A stretch of 64,000 nucleotides of DNA. Source: an uncultured Clostridia bacterium. Lineage in GTDB: Bacteria > Bacillota > Clostridia > Peptostreptococcales > Anaerovoracaceae. Made by a program: the position numbers and the translations under genes. Where the stretch lies: assembly GCA_934255135.1 (NCBI GenBank), contig CAKQMV010000008.1, positions 1-64,000 of the forward strand, given 5' to 3'. Shown one piece after another: positions 28,779 through 39,015 of this stretch. Under the pieces are notes generated by a model. The model was not told the origin of the DNA and ran no database searches. It saw nothing but the letters and a program-made list of their open reading frames with translations. Within the stretch, counting starts at the first letter, position 1. Every line of letters begins with the position of its first letter.

Positions 28779-29027
28779 TTGAACGGAAATAGAATTGCGA
28801 TAATCGGAATAATAATCGAGAAGAGCGAATCGGTTGAGAAGGTTAACGCTCTTTTGCACGACTACAGTGATGTAATTGTTGGAAGAATGGGTGTTCCCTG
28901 CAAGGATAGGGGAGTCAGCATTATAAGCGTGGCTCTCGATGCAACACAGGATTCAATCAATACGCTTGCGGGAAAGCTTGGTCGAATCGATGGTGTTTCA
29001 AGCAAGGCGCTATGCGTGTCGAAGTAG
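28779..29027 (+). CDS. TM1266-like small regulator (the family called putative iron-only hydrogenase system regulator, with an ACT/NikR-C-like fold)
   Basis: 82-aa ORF from TTG at 28779 with a perfect GGAGG 7 nt upstream (LNGNRIAIIGIIIEK…VIVGRMGVP…ISVALD). The six-frame ORF from 28713 has no RBS. Confidence 0.5.
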   Translation: MNGNRIAIIGIIIEKSESVEKVNALLHDYSDVIVGRMGVPCKDRGVSIISVALDATQDSINTLAGKLGRIDGVSSKALCVSK

Positions 29028-29039
29028 TGGAGGAGACAG

Positions 29040-29786
29040 ATGAGAAGGATAGCAATATACGGCAAGGGCGGTATAGGCAAGTCAACAATCTGCTCTAATC
29101 TTGCATCAGCAATGGCTGCGGACGGATTTAAGGTAATGCAGATCGGCTGCGACCCGAAGGCAGATTCAACAGCACTTCACAGGAAGGGGGTTAAGCTTCC
29201 TACAGTTCTTGACACAATGAGAGCGAAGGGAAGTGACTGGGGCCTTGATGAGGTTGTACATGTAAGCGATGATGGAGTTTTCTGCATCGAAGCTGGTGGA
29301 CCGGTTCCTGGACTTGGCTGTGCCGGCAGAGGAATCATCACAGCACTTGAGAAGCTTGAAGAGAAAGGCCTGTATGAGAAGTATGAGCCTGATGTGATTC
29401 TATACGATGTTCTCGGAGACGTTGTGTGCGGAGGCTTCAGTATGCCAATGAGATCAGGCTATGCAGATACTGTATATGTTGTGACCTCAGGTGAGAACAT
29501 GTCAATCTATGCGGCGGCTAACATTGCGATGGCTATAAGCAACTTCAGAGGTAGAGGATATGCGAAGCTTGGAGGTCTTATCCTTAACAGAAGAGATGTC
29601 AGAAACGAAGAGGATAAGGTAAGAGAGCTTGCAGCAGACCTTAAGACAGAGATTATTTCAGATATCCCAAGGTCATCTGATATCCAGGATGCGGAGGATG
29701 CCGGCGAGACTATCGTAAGACTGATGCCAGGCTCTGAGGTATCAGAGATTATTAAGAAGACTTCACGCAGAATCCTTTCTGAATAG
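29040..29786 (+). CDS. NifH/BchL/CfbC-family nitrogenase Fe-protein-like ATPase (copy 1)
   Basis: Walker A (GKGGIGKST), cluster cysteines (GLGCAGRG and VVCGGFSMPMR), and NifH-like length and pattern. Confidence 0.85.
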   Translation: MRRIAIYGKGGIGKSTICSNLASAMAADGFKVMQIGCDPKADSTALHRKGVKLPTVLDTMRAKGSDWGLDEVVHVSDDGVFCIEAGGPVPGLGCAGRGIITALEKLEEKGLYEKYEPDVILYDVLGDVVCGGFSMPMRSGYADTVYVVTSGENMSIYAAANIAMAISNFRGRGYAKLGGLILNRRDVRNEEDKVRELAADLKTEIISDIPRSSDIQDAEDAGETIVRLMPGSEVSEIIKKTSRRILSE

Positions 29787-29854
29787 CAGGATAACAGGAC
29801 AACAGAACAACAACCATTAAACATTAAACAGTTTAGTAACAGAGGCTAATCAGA

Positions 29855-32380
29855 ATGAAGGATATGATTAATACAGAATCATTAAGAATAGAAGATACGA
29901 CTTTCCCAGCTCCATGGAAGAGTCAGCTGGAGTTCAGCTCTCCAGCGAGAGGAACGTGGAACATCGTTCACACGGGAATGCTTATTCCGGAAAGCCACCA
30001 GATTTTTGTCTGCGCGAAGGGCTGCCTCAGAGGTGTAGTTCTTACGGCTGCCGAGATGGGCGAGATGGGAAGATACTCGGCACTTGAGATCAGAGAAGAG
30101 AATGTTCTTAACGGCGATATGGAGACAATGATGATAGACGGCGTTACAGATATCATCGAGAAGCTGCCGGTAAGACCTCGTGCTATAGAGCTTTTTATAA
30201 GTTGTCAGCATTTCTTCTTAGCATATGATCAGAAGCTTGTATTCAGAACTCTTAAAGAGAAGTTTCCGGATATAAGCTTTGTGGACTGCTACATGATTCC
30301 AACTCTTCGTAAGAGCGGAATTACACCGGATCAGAGGATGAGAGTTCAGATGTACAGAATGCTCGAGAAGGGACATATGTCACCTTCGAAGATAAACCAC
30401 ATCGGCTCGAATCACAGGATCAGAAGCAGCTCGGAGATATATGCTTTTGCCCGTAGAAACGGATACATTTTAAGATCCATTCACGACTGTGAGAGCTTCG
30501 ATGAGTACCTTGAGATGGCAGATGCGTGCTTTAACATCGTGACTGAGCCGCTTGCACTTAAGGCTGCAGAGGATATGGAAGCAAGACTCGGTATTCCTTA
30601 CGCATATGTGCCTAACGTGTTCAGATTCTCAGATATCGAGGAGGCTTACAGGAAGCTTTCTCTTGTAACCGGCGATCTTGCACCATACAGAATGCATGCT
30701 CAGGTTGAGATTGACAAGACTAAGAAACTTATCGGTGACGCTGAGATCGTGCTTGATTACACATTTACATTTAGAACGCTGAACCTGGCTAGATTCCTTG
30801 TCGAAAAGGGCTTCAACGTGACCGATATTTACATCGACAGCTTCCTGCCTGAAGATGAGGATGACTGGAAGCACCTTAAAGAGAACAGACCTGGCATAAT
30901 GATTCACCCGACGAACAGACCTTCGATGAGATTTGAGAAGGCCGGAAGAACTGATGCGATTGCACTCGGACAGAAGGCGGCTGAATTTGCGGGAACAGAT
31001 CATTTTGTGAATATTGCTGAAGGTGGCGGACTTTTCGGCTTTGCTGGAGTAGCGGAGCTTATGGAGCTTATGCGAGATGCATATATAAATGAGAAGGACA
31101 GACGAGAGGTCATTCAGAAGAAGGGCTTTAATCAGAGAAGTCTTCTAGATGAATCGGAGTGCCTATGCTCATCGGAGCCTCGAATCAGCAGTCTTACCTC
31201 AACAGGAATCAGAAGCTCTGCGAGCCTTATACCGACATATTCATCGGACGAATTCGGTGCATGCTCATCGCTTTATGAGCTCGGCGGAATGGTAGTAATG
31301 CACGATGCATCGGGTTGCAATTCAACTTATACAACTCATGACGAGCCAAGATGGTACGACCACCAGAGCATGATATATATATCGGCAATTTCTGAGATGG
31401 AAGCTATCATGGGAGACGACGATAAGCTGATCAAGGACATGACAGATGCGACAGAGGAGCTTCATCCAAGGTTTGCGGCAATCGTCGGAGCACCGATACC
31501 TTACATGACAGGAATCGACCTCGATGCGATTTCAGAAATCCTTAAATCAAAGCTTGAAATTCCGGTTTACGGCATCCACGCCAACGGAATGAATGATTAT
31601 ACGAAGGGAATAGAGATGGCCCTTGAGGCACTGACAGACGACCTCACGGAGGCACCGAAGGAAAATTCAGGCGCACACGACAGGGTCAGAGTCAACCTCC
31701 TTGGAATCACGCCACTTGATTACGCAAATCCATCGAATATGGATGAGCTTTATAAGTGGCTTTCCGAAAACGGCATGATCAAGCACTCAAGCTTCACGAT
31801 GGATTCATCAATCGAAGAGATCAAAGATGCTGCGAATGCTGATGTGAACCTGGTTCTGTCATCGGGAGGCCTTAAGACTGCGAAGAAGTTCAAGCGCCTT
31901 TACGGAATTCCATATGTGATAGGAGCACCTTTGGGCCGTGGATATGCGACGGAGCTTGCGAAGAATCTTAAAGACGCAGCTTCGGGCCAAAAACCTGGTT
32001 CAGCGACATGTGAGCGTCCCGCTTCGGCCGATGTTTTAATCATCGGAGAGGCTGTAACATCAGTTTCGCTCGCAAGAGCACTCGAGCTTGACCTTGGAAT
32101 AAGAGCAAGCGTTGCAGCAACAGTAAGCTGCAGCGATGAAATATTAAGAGCGGGCGACAGATTTACACCATGCGAGGATGCTGTGATAGAGGCTTTAGAT
32201 GAGCTTAAACCAGGAGCTGTAATTGCAGATCCTTTCTACATGGCAATCGTGAATGAGAAGACATTATTTATACCACTTCCTCACGAGGCCTTCTCAGGAA
32301 GAATTTTTGATAAGGAAGCACCGTGTCTGGTTAACACAGACCTTGATGCACTGCTTCAGGTAGGAGAGATAAATGCTTAA
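29855..32380 (+). CDS. Nitrogenase component-1-like oxidoreductase: a single-chain fusion of NifD/E-like (N-terminal half) and NifK/N-like (C-terminal half) domains
   Basis: 841 aa. The N-terminal half is homologous to ORF 33115-34413 ([15 protein letters not shown]…[13 protein letters not shown] vs [15 protein letters not shown]…[13 protein letters not shown]). The C-terminal half is homologous to ORF 34414-35466 ([18 protein letters not shown] vs CDAGGCTGNVCGFDEPRW). Confidence 0.7.
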   Translation: MKDMINTESLRIEDTTFPAPWKSQLEFSSPARGTWNIVHTGMLIPESHQIFVCAKGCLRGVVLTAAEMGEMGRYSALEIREENVLNGDMETMMIDGVTDIIEKLPVRPRAIELFISCQHFFLAYDQKLVFRTLKEKFPDISFVDCYMIPTLRKSGITPDQRMRVQMYRMLEKGHMSPSKINHIGSNHRIRSSSEIYAFARRNGYILRSIHDCESFDEYLEMADACFNIVTEPLALKAAEDMEARLGIPYAYVPNVFRFSDIEEAYRKLSLVTGDLAPYRMHAQVEIDKTKKLIGDAEIVLDYTFTFRTLNLARFLVEKGFNVTDIYIDSFLPEDEDDWKHLKENRPGIMIHPTNRPSMRFEKAGRTDAIALGQKAAEFAGTDHFVNIAEGGGLFGFAGVAELMELMRDAYINEKDRREVIQKKGFNQRSLLDESECLCSSEPRISSLTSTGIRSSASLIPTYSSDEFGACSSLYELGGMVVMHDASGCNSTYTTHDEPRWYDHQSMIYISAISEMEAIMGDDDKLIKDMTDATEELHPRFAAIVGAPIPYMTGIDLDAISEILKSKLEIPVYGIHANGMNDYTKGIEMALEALTDDLTEAPKENSGAHDRVRVNLLGITPLDYANPSNMDELYKWLSENGMIKHSSFTMDSSIEEIKDAANADVNLVLSSGGLKTAKKFKRLYGIPYVIGAPLGRGYATELAKNLKDAASGQKPGSATCERPASADVLIIGEAVTSVSLARALELDLGIRASVAATVSCSDEILRAGDRFTPCEDAVIEALDELKPGAVIADPFYMAIVNEKTLFIPLPHEAFSGRIFDKEAPCLVNTDLDALLQVGEINA

Positions 32381-33122
32381 ATTAGCGGTATATGGTAAAG
32401 GCGGAATAGGAAAATCAACAACAACGGCAAATCTTGCAGCGGCTTTTGCAAGCCTCGGCAAGAAGGTAATCCAGATAGGTTGCGATCCTAAGGCTGACTC
32501 GACAATGAACCTTCTTTCAGGAACTCCTGTTCAGTCAGTAATGGATTACATGAGAATTAACGATTGCGAGCCGGAGAGACTCGACGAGATTGTAAAGGAA
32601 GGCTACGGCGGAATCGTCTGCATCGAGACAGGCGGACCTACACCGGGACTTGGCTGCGCAGGAAGGGGAATCATAACAACATTCTCACTTCTTGAAGACC
32701 TCGAGCTCTTTGAGACTTACAAGCCTGACGTTGTGCTATACGACGTACTTGGAGACGTTGTGTGCGGAGGCTTTGCAGCACCTATAAGAGAGGGTTACGC
32801 AGAAGAGATTCTTATCGTAACATCAGGCGAGAAAATGGCGCTTTATGCGGCAAACAATATCGCCAAGGCTGTCGAGAATTTCGAGGACAGAGGATATGCG
32901 AGCGTTCGCGGAGTCGTTATGAACAGACGTAACGTTGAGAACGAGGAAGAGAAGGTCAAGGCCTGGGCTGATGAGGCGGGCTTCCCCGTTATCGCAGACA
33001 TTCCAAGAAGCAACGATATTATTAAATACGAAGATCAGGGCATGACAGTTATCGAAGGCGATAGAAGCCTTGAAGTGAGTCAATGCTACATAAAACTTGC
33101 AAAGAGGTTACTTAATGAATAA
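32373..33122 (+). CDS. NifH/BchL/CfbC-family nitrogenase Fe-protein-like ATPase (copy 2)
   Basis: [17 protein letters not shown] and [12 protein letters not shown] motifs. ATG overlaps the upstream stop (ATGCTTAA). Confidence 0.85.
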   Translation: MLKLAVYGKGGIGKSTTTANLAAAFASLGKKVIQIGCDPKADSTMNLLSGTPVQSVMDYMRINDCEPERLDEIVKEGYGGIVCIETGGPTPGLGCAGRGIITTFSLLEDLELFETYKPDVVLYDVLGDVVCGGFAAPIREGYAEEILIVTSGEKMALYAANNIAKAVENFEDRGYASVRGVVMNRRNVENEEEKVKAWADEAGFPVIADIPRSNDIIKYEDQGMTVIEGDRSLEVSQCYIKLAKRLLNE

Positions 33123-34413
33123 ACAGGATGCATTTTATATAACAGCAAGAGATCTTGCAGACGGAGGAATCGAAGGCGTTCCGTCAGAGCTTAAGTCGCA
33201 GGATCACCTAATCTACAGCTCACCTGCAGCGCTGAGCTTTAACTCACCTGGAGCACAGGGCTTCGGTGTCAAAAGAGCGGGTCTTGCAGTCCCAGGCTCC
33301 GTGATGCTGCTGGTTGCTCCGGCGTGCTGCGGACGTAACACAACTATGCTTGCAGAGCTCGGTTCATATGCTGACAGATTCTACTATCTTCTTCAGGATG
33401 ATACAGATATCATCACTGGAAGACACCTTAACAGAATCTCACAGGCAGTTAAGGATGTGGCAGATTTCCATGAAGAGTCGACTGGAACAAGACCTAACGT
33501 GGTAATGATCTGTATCACATGCGTAGACGCACTTCTCGGAACAGATATGGACAGAGTCTGCAGAAAGGCTTCAGAGTTTGCAGGACTTCCTGTTCTTCCA
33601 TGCTATATGTATGCGCTTGAAAGAGAGGGAAGAGTTCCTCCGATGACAGCGGTAAGAAGAACAGTGTACCAGCTCCTCGAGCCAAGGGAGAAGAAGAACA
33701 CAACAGTAAATCTTCTCGGACACTTCGCACCGCTTAACGATGATTCAGAAATCTACGAGCTTCTGAGAGGCATCGGAGTTAAGAAGATTAACGAGATATC
33801 AAGATGCGAGGATTTCGATGAGTATCTTGGAATGGCTGAGGCGAACTTCAGTATTATCCTGAACCCAGAATCAAGACTTGCTGCAGAGGATATTGCCAAA
33901 AGACTTGAGATTCCATCAGTCGAGCTTACAAGAATGTACAGAATCGACAAGATCAGAAAGCAGTATCAGCTCTTTGCGGGAGCTATCGGAGCTAAGATAG
34001 ATGACTCTAAGTTCTACGAGGAAGCGGCGGCGAAGGTAGAAGCTTTTGCCCGTGAGAACAAGGGTAAGAGGGTTGCAATCGGAGAGTGCATGAATGCGGA
34101 TTCATTCGAGCTTGCACTTGCAATGACTGAGTACGGACTTACAGTAACTGAGATTTACGGCACAGTTTCGGCTGAGAGAATGCCATATATCAAGATGCTT
34201 GCAGAACTTAGTCCTGAGACAAGAATCTACACCAATCTCGAGCCGTCAATGCTTTATTACGATTCAAGCGAGCTTCCATGCGACTTTACCATCGGAATTG
34301 ATGCCGGATATTATCATCCGGATGCGCCTAATGTTCCTTGGAATCTCGAGGTTCAGCCATGGGGCTACAACGGTCTTATCCGTCTGATTGAAGAAATAGA
34401 AGGAGTGCTCTAG
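33115..34413 (+). CDS. Nitrogenase component-1-like subunit (NifD/NifE/BchN-like)
   Basis: About 432 aa, paralogous to the N-terminal half of the 841-aa fusion. Start at MNKQDAFY (AGAGGT RBS) overlaps the nifH-like stop. Confidence 0.7.
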   Translation: MNKQDAFYITARDLADGGIEGVPSELKSQDHLIYSSPAALSFNSPGAQGFGVKRAGLAVPGSVMLLVAPACCGRNTTMLAELGSYADRFYYLLQDDTDIITGRHLNRISQAVKDVADFHEESTGTRPNVVMICITCVDALLGTDMDRVCRKASEFAGLPVLPCYMYALEREGRVPPMTAVRRTVYQLLEPREKKNTTVNLLGHFAPLNDDSEIYELLRGIGVKKINEISRCEDFDEYLGMAEANFSIILNPESRLAAEDIAKRLEIPSVELTRMYRIDKIRKQYQLFAGAIGAKIDDSKFYEEAAAKVEAFARENKGKRVAIGECMNADSFELALAMTEYGLTVTEIYGTVSAERMPYIKMLAELSPETRIYTNLEPSMLYYDSSELPCDFTIGIDAGYYHPDAPNVPWNLEVQPWGYNGLIRLIEEIEGVL

Positions 34414-35466
34414 ATGAAGGGTTTACTAAGAGTTATGTCACCGTTTGCGCCTGACCAGTCAGGTGCGGCTTCGGTGTTTTACGATATGAATGCGATTACA
34501 GTCATATGCGATGCCGGCGGATGTACCGGAAACGTGTGTGGCTTCGATGAGCCGAGATGGCAGAAGAATGCGAGACCGATTTTCAGTGCGGGACTTCGTG
34601 ATATGGATGCGATTCTCGGAAGAGATGACAGACTGGTCGACAAGCTTAAGCTTGTTTCAGATAAGAGCGATGCGGATTTTGCTGCTATAATCGGAACTCC
34701 CGTGCCGGCAGTTATTGCAACTGACTTTAAGGCTCTCAAAAAAATGGCATCAAAGCGTTGCGGCATCCCAGTTGTAACGTGTGAGTGCACAGGAACTAAT
34801 CTCTACGACAAGGGTGAGGAGATGGCTTACCTCGAGCTTATGAAGACGTTCACAAGGGACATGGATGTGTGCGAGGGAAGAGTCGGAGTCCTCGGTGCGA
34901 CACCACTTAACTTCAGCGATATTGAAGCTGACAAGCTTATCAGAAAACACTATATGGAAGAAGGCTTTAGCGAGGTGCTTGTCTACGGCATGGGCGACGG
35001 ACTTGATTCGGTAAGAATGGCGGCGTCATGCGAGATGAATATCGTAGTTTCAGCTTCGGGACTTGCTCCGGCAAGATGGCTTAAGAAAAATTATGGGACA
35101 CCTTACAGAGTTGAGTGCCCTTTTGCAGGCGAGGCTGCAGCTAAGGCGGCAGGAGTGCTTAAGCATTCAAAGGTTCTTATCGTACATGAGCAGGTTGCTG
35201 CAAACAGCCTTAGAGATGCGATGGAGGACTGCGACGTTACAGTAGCGACCTTCTTCACACTCGATAAGAACATTGCAAATGAAGGCGATGTGCTGGTGGA
35301 GACAGAGGCTCAGTTTATAGAGCTTGTCGAAAATGGAGGCTACGATGCAGTTATCTGCGACGAGCTTCTTAGAAGAGCCGTAAAGGATGGAACCTACGGC
35401 ATTTGGATTAACCGAAGACATTTTGCAGTCTCCGGAAACCTGGAGGAAGGATTATGCGAACTCTAA
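34414..35466 (+). CDS. Nitrogenase component-1-like subunit (NifK/NifN/BchB-like)
   Basis: 350 aa, paralogous to the C-terminal half of the fusion. Cys-rich CDAGGCTGNVCG and VVTCECTG segments. Confidence 0.7.
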   Translation: MKGLLRVMSPFAPDQSGAASVFYDMNAITVICDAGGCTGNVCGFDEPRWQKNARPIFSAGLRDMDAILGRDDRLVDKLKLVSDKSDADFAAIIGTPVPAVIATDFKALKKMASKRCGIPVVTCECTGTNLYDKGEEMAYLELMKTFTRDMDVCEGRVGVLGATPLNFSDIEADKLIRKHYMEEGFSEVLVYGMGDGLDSVRMAASCEMNIVVSASGLAPARWLKKNYGTPYRVECPFAGEAAAKAAGVLKHSKVLIVHEQVAANSLRDAMEDCDVTVATFFTLDKNIANEGDVLVETEAQFIELVENGGYDAVICDELLRRAVKDGTYGIWINRRHFAVSGNLEEGLCEL

Positions 35467-37760
35467 GAATCTGCGTGTACGGAATAGTGCAGGGTGTAGG
35501 CTTCAGACCTTTTATTTCAAGACTTGCTGACAGACACGGAATACTCGGAAGCGTGGCGAACAGAGGTTCATATGTTGAGATTTTTGCCTGCGGAGAGGAC
35601 GATGAGCTCGATGCTTTTAAGGCTGGAATTGAAGCTGAGGCTCCACCAAGATCTGCAATTCTTAAAGTAACAAGCAGAGATATATCGGATAAGGCTCCTG
35701 CTTATCATGATTTTCAGATAATAGAGAGCACTGCGGAGAGAGGCGACATCTTCGTATCACCGGATATTGCGACATGTCCGGAATGCAGAAGAGAGCTTTT
35801 TGACAGTGGCAACAGAAGATATATGCATCCGTTCATTAACTGTACGGCATGCGGACCTAGACTTACGATTCTCGATGCGATGCCTTATGACAGGGAACGT
35901 ACGAGCATGAAGGAATTTCCAATGTGTCCGGAGTGCGAGTTTGAATATACTCATCCGGAGACGAGAAGATATGACGCGCAGCCCGTGTGCTGTAACGACT
36001 GCGGACCAGAGGTCTATATAGTCGGAACTGATATCAGAGGAAGAGATGCGATTACACGCGCAAGACAGGCCGTTATTGATGGTGAGATTGTTGCGATAAA
36101 AGGAATCGGAGGCTTTCACCTCTGCTGCGATGCGACTTCGGAGGAGGCTGTAGCAAGACTCAGAAGGCTTAAGAGAAGACCTGCTAAGCCATTTGCAATT
36201 ATGGCTAGAAGTCTTGAAGCGGTGGATAGAATCTGCAGCATTCCATCAGATTCTGTAAGAGAGCTTCTCGATGGACACAGCAAGCCGATTGTTCTTCTTG
36301 AGAGAATAAATGAAGGCGTGCTCGCACCATCGGTTGCACCTGATAATCCGAATGTTGGTGTTATGCTTCCATACGCACCGGTTCAGATGCTGATGTTTGA
36401 CTATAACGACGATCTTGACATCGGAACAGATTATTTTGTAATGACGAGCGGAAATGTATCTGGAGCACCGATCTGCAGAACAGATGAGGATGCAGTAGCT
36501 GAGCTTTCGGATTTCTGCGATGTGATATTAAGTCACAACAGAACGATAAGGCTTCGTGCGGACGACTCTGTTGTGGATGTATATAAGGATGAGCCTTACA
36601 TGATCAGACGTTCAAGAGGCTTCGCTCCTCTGCCTGTTATGACAGAAGAGGAGATTGAGGCATCAGTTCTCGCTGTTGGAGGAGAGCTTAAGAACACATT
36701 CTGCATCGGAAAGGATCAGCTGCTCTATGAATCATCGTTCGTCGGCGATATGGCTGATGTAAGAACGGTAAGAGCTCTGAATGAGTCAATAGACAGAATG
36801 GCAGAGCTTCTTGAGACAGACCCTGAGGTGGTGGTGTGCGACCTTCATCCTAAATACAATACGACCGAGGTTGCTGAAAGATATGCAGATAAGCATAATA
36901 TTCCTCTTATCAGACTTCAGCATCATTATGCTCACATTCTGTCGTGCATGGCGGAAAATGATTATACAGACGAGGTCATCGGCCTGTCTATGGACGGAAC
37001 AGGCTATGGAACAGACGGAACTATCTGGGGTGGCGAAGTTCTCCTGACAAGAAGAGACGGCTTCGAGAGACTTTCTCATATCGATCCGTTTATGCAGGCC
37101 GGCGGTGACCTCTCTGCAAAGGAGGGCTGGAGAATTGCAGCTTCTATGATAGGTTCGCTTTTCGGTGATGATGCAGAGGTAATCTCTGAGAATCTCGGAA
37201 TCTGCAGCGAATCAGAGTTTAAGCTTATTCGCACAATGACAGAGCGAGGAATTAACTCTGTGAAGTCGACGAGTGCGGGAAGACTCTTTGATGCAGTAAG
37301 TGCGATCCTTGGAGTAAGAAGAGCGTCAAGCTTCGAGGGTGAAGCGGCTACAACACTGCAGTTTAGAGCAATTGAAGCTAAGGGCGAATCAAAGTACCCA
37401 GGCCAAAACCGTGGTGACGGTTCGATAGCTTCCGGTGAGATTGTTAAATGGCTCGTAGGAGAGATGCTTCAGGCAACCGATAAAGATCAGACGCAGCGGG
37501 AGCTTGCGTGGGCCTTCCACGAAGCTTTTGCCCGTGAGATGGCGGACTCGGCACTTTACTGGTCGGAGAAGACAGGAATAAAGACAATAGCACTAAGCGG
37601 CGGTGTTATGCAGAATACTCTGCTGCTTGGAATGCTTGAAGAATACCTTGAGGAGAGAGAACTTAAGGTTATAAGACATCATATGATTCCACCGAATGAT
37701 GGCGGAATCGCGCTTGGGCAGGCGCTATATGCCCGTTGGGAGGTAGGAAAATGTGTGTAG
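35454..37760 (+). CDS. hypF: Carbamoyltransferase HypF ([NiFe]-hydrogenase maturation: acylphosphatase, 2 Zn fingers, YrdC and Kae1-like domains)
   Basis: 768 aa. Acylphosphatase start (ICVYGIVQGVGFRPF), two CxxC x18 CxxC fingers, YrdC-like and C-terminal Kae1-like regions. Confidence 0.85.
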   Translation: MRTLRICVYGIVQGVGFRPFISRLADRHGILGSVANRGSYVEIFACGEDDELDAFKAGIEAEAPPRSAILKVTSRDISDKAPAYHDFQIIESTAERGDIFVSPDIATCPECRRELFDSGNRRYMHPFINCTACGPRLTILDAMPYDRERTSMKEFPMCPECEFEYTHPETRRYDAQPVCCNDCGPEVYIVGTDIRGRDAITRARQAVIDGEIVAIKGIGGFHLCCDATSEEAVARLRRLKRRPAKPFAIMARSLEAVDRICSIPSDSVRELLDGHSKPIVLLERINEGVLAPSVAPDNPNVGVMLPYAPVQMLMFDYNDDLDIGTDYFVMTSGNVSGAPICRTDEDAVAELSDFCDVILSHNRTIRLRADDSVVDVYKDEPYMIRRSRGFAPLPVMTEEEIEASVLAVGGELKNTFCIGKDQLLYESSFVGDMADVRTVRALNESIDRMAELLETDPEVVVCDLHPKYNTTEVAERYADKHNIPLIRLQHHYAHILSCMAENDYTDEVIGLSMDGTGYGTDGTIWGGEVLLTRRDGFERLSHIDPFMQAGGDLSAKEGWRIAASMIGSLFGDDAEVISENLGICSESEFKLIRTMTERGINSVKSTSAGRLFDAVSAILGVRRASSFEGEAATTLQFRAIEAKGESKYPGQNRGDGSIASGEIVKWLVGEMLQATDKDQTQRELAWAFHEAFAREMADSALYWSEKTGIKTIALSGGVMQNTLLLGMLEEYLEERELKVIRHHMIPPNDGGIALGQALYARWEVGKCV

Positions 37761-37957
37761 GATTAGCGGCTAAGGTTGTTGGTATCAAGGATGGTGCGGC
37801 AGTTGTTGATGCATCAGGTGCAAGACGTGAGGTATCAGCTGAGATGATCGAGAATCTTGAACCGGGCGATTACGTAATGGTTCATGCAGGAATTGCAATT
37901 GCGAAGATTACTTCTGACGATACAGAAGAGACAGATGAACTGATGGAGATGCTCTAA
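37751..37957 (+). CDS. hypC: Hydrogenase assembly chaperone HypC/HupF
   Basis: Begins MCVGLAAKV (the essential Cys2). About 68 aa. ATG at 37751 with a GGGAGG RBS. Confidence 0.8.
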   Translation: MCVGLAAKVVGIKDGAAVVDASGARREVSAEMIENLEPGDYVMVHAGIAIAKITSDDTEETDELMEML

Positions 37958-39015
37958 TGGAAGAAAGAAAGCTTACAGCGAGAGAAATAATTGAGCAGTA
38001 CGACGGCCCGAAGATCAGAATTATGGAGGTGTGCGGAACGCATACACACGAAATCTTCAAGCTTGGAATCCGTAATCTGCTCCCGGAGAATATAGAACTT
38101 ATTTCGGGACCCGGATGTCCGGTGTGCGTAACTCCTTGCGGCTTTATCGACATGGCGTGCGAGCTTGCACTCGATAAGGGCTGTACAGTATGCACCTTCG
38201 GAGACCTTATAAGAGTTCCGGGAACCGAGATGAGCCTTGCAGATGCGAGAACTAAGGGTGCTGAGATTAAGATTGTGTATACAGCACTCGATGCGCTTGA
38301 TTTTGCAAGAAATAATCCTGATAAGGACGTTGTGTTCCTCTCTGTTGGATTTGAGACCACAACTCCTGCGGCCTGCCTTACTGTAAAGAAGGCTAAGGAA
38401 GAGGGAATCACCAACTACTCGATTCTTACAGCAAACAAGACTATGCCTAACGCGTACAACGCTCTTAAGGGAAGTGCAGATGCCTTTCTTTACCCTGGTC
38501 ACGTAAATGCGATCACAGGTGAAGAGGATTGCGAGAGACTCGCTTACGAAGAGGGAATCTCAGGCGTTATCGCAGGTTTTACGGCCAAAGAGCTTCTTAC
38601 TGCAATCGCGGTAATAATCCGCAGACTCGAGAAGGGTGAGCCGTTCTTCGTGAATTGCTATCCAAGAGTTGTAACAAGGGAAGGAAGCAAGCCTGCAAAG
38701 AAGCTTATAGACGAGACAATGGAGCTTACAGATTCAACATGGAGAGGACTTGGAGTTATCCCTAAATCAGGTCTTAAGCTCCGCGAGGAATACAAGGATT
38801 ACGATGCATCATACAAGTATGATGTGCCTTACACAGACGGCAAGCCTAATCCGGGATGCCGCTGCGGAGACGTGCTTCAGGGAAAGTGCAAGCCTTGTGA
38901 CTGTTCGCTTTTCGGCAAGATGTGCACACCACTTCACCCGGTTGGAGCTTGTATGGTAAGTAACGAAGGAAGCTGCTCAGCGTTCTATCAGTATGGAGGA
39001 ATAATCAATGGATAA
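37957..39015 (+). CDS. hypD: Hydrogenase formation protein HypD
   Basis: CGTHTHEI (CGxH), GPGCPVC and C-terminal Cys motifs. TAATG coupling to hypC. Confidence 0.85.
   Translation: MEERKLTAREIIEQYDGPKIRIMEVCGTHTHEIFKLGIRNLLPENIELISGPGCPVCVTPCGFIDMACELALDKGCTVCTFGDLIRVPGTEMSLADARTKGAEIKIVYTALDALDFARNNPDKDVVFLSVGFETTTPAACLTVKKAKEEGITNYSILTANKTMPNAYNALKGSADAFLYPGHVNAITGEEDCERLAYEEGISGVIAGFTAKELLTAIAVIIRRLEKGEPFFVNCYPRVVTREGSKPAKKLIDETMELTDSTWRGLGVIPKSGLKLREEYKDYDASYKYDVPYTDGKPNPGCRCGDVLQGKCKPCDCSLFGKMCTPLHPVGACMVSNEGSCSAFYQYGGIING

Noticed and set aside
29040-35466. Calling the cluster a nitrogen-fixation nifHDK operon
   Set aside because: The D-like (about 432 aa) and K-like (350 aa) proteins are much shorter than NifD/NifK. 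One copy is a D-K fusion. No nifB/E/N/V/Q or other FeMoco genes are present, and the partners are hyp and hydE genes. These fit nitrogenase-like (Nfl/CfbCD/BchLNB-type) enzymes, not Mo-nitrogenase.
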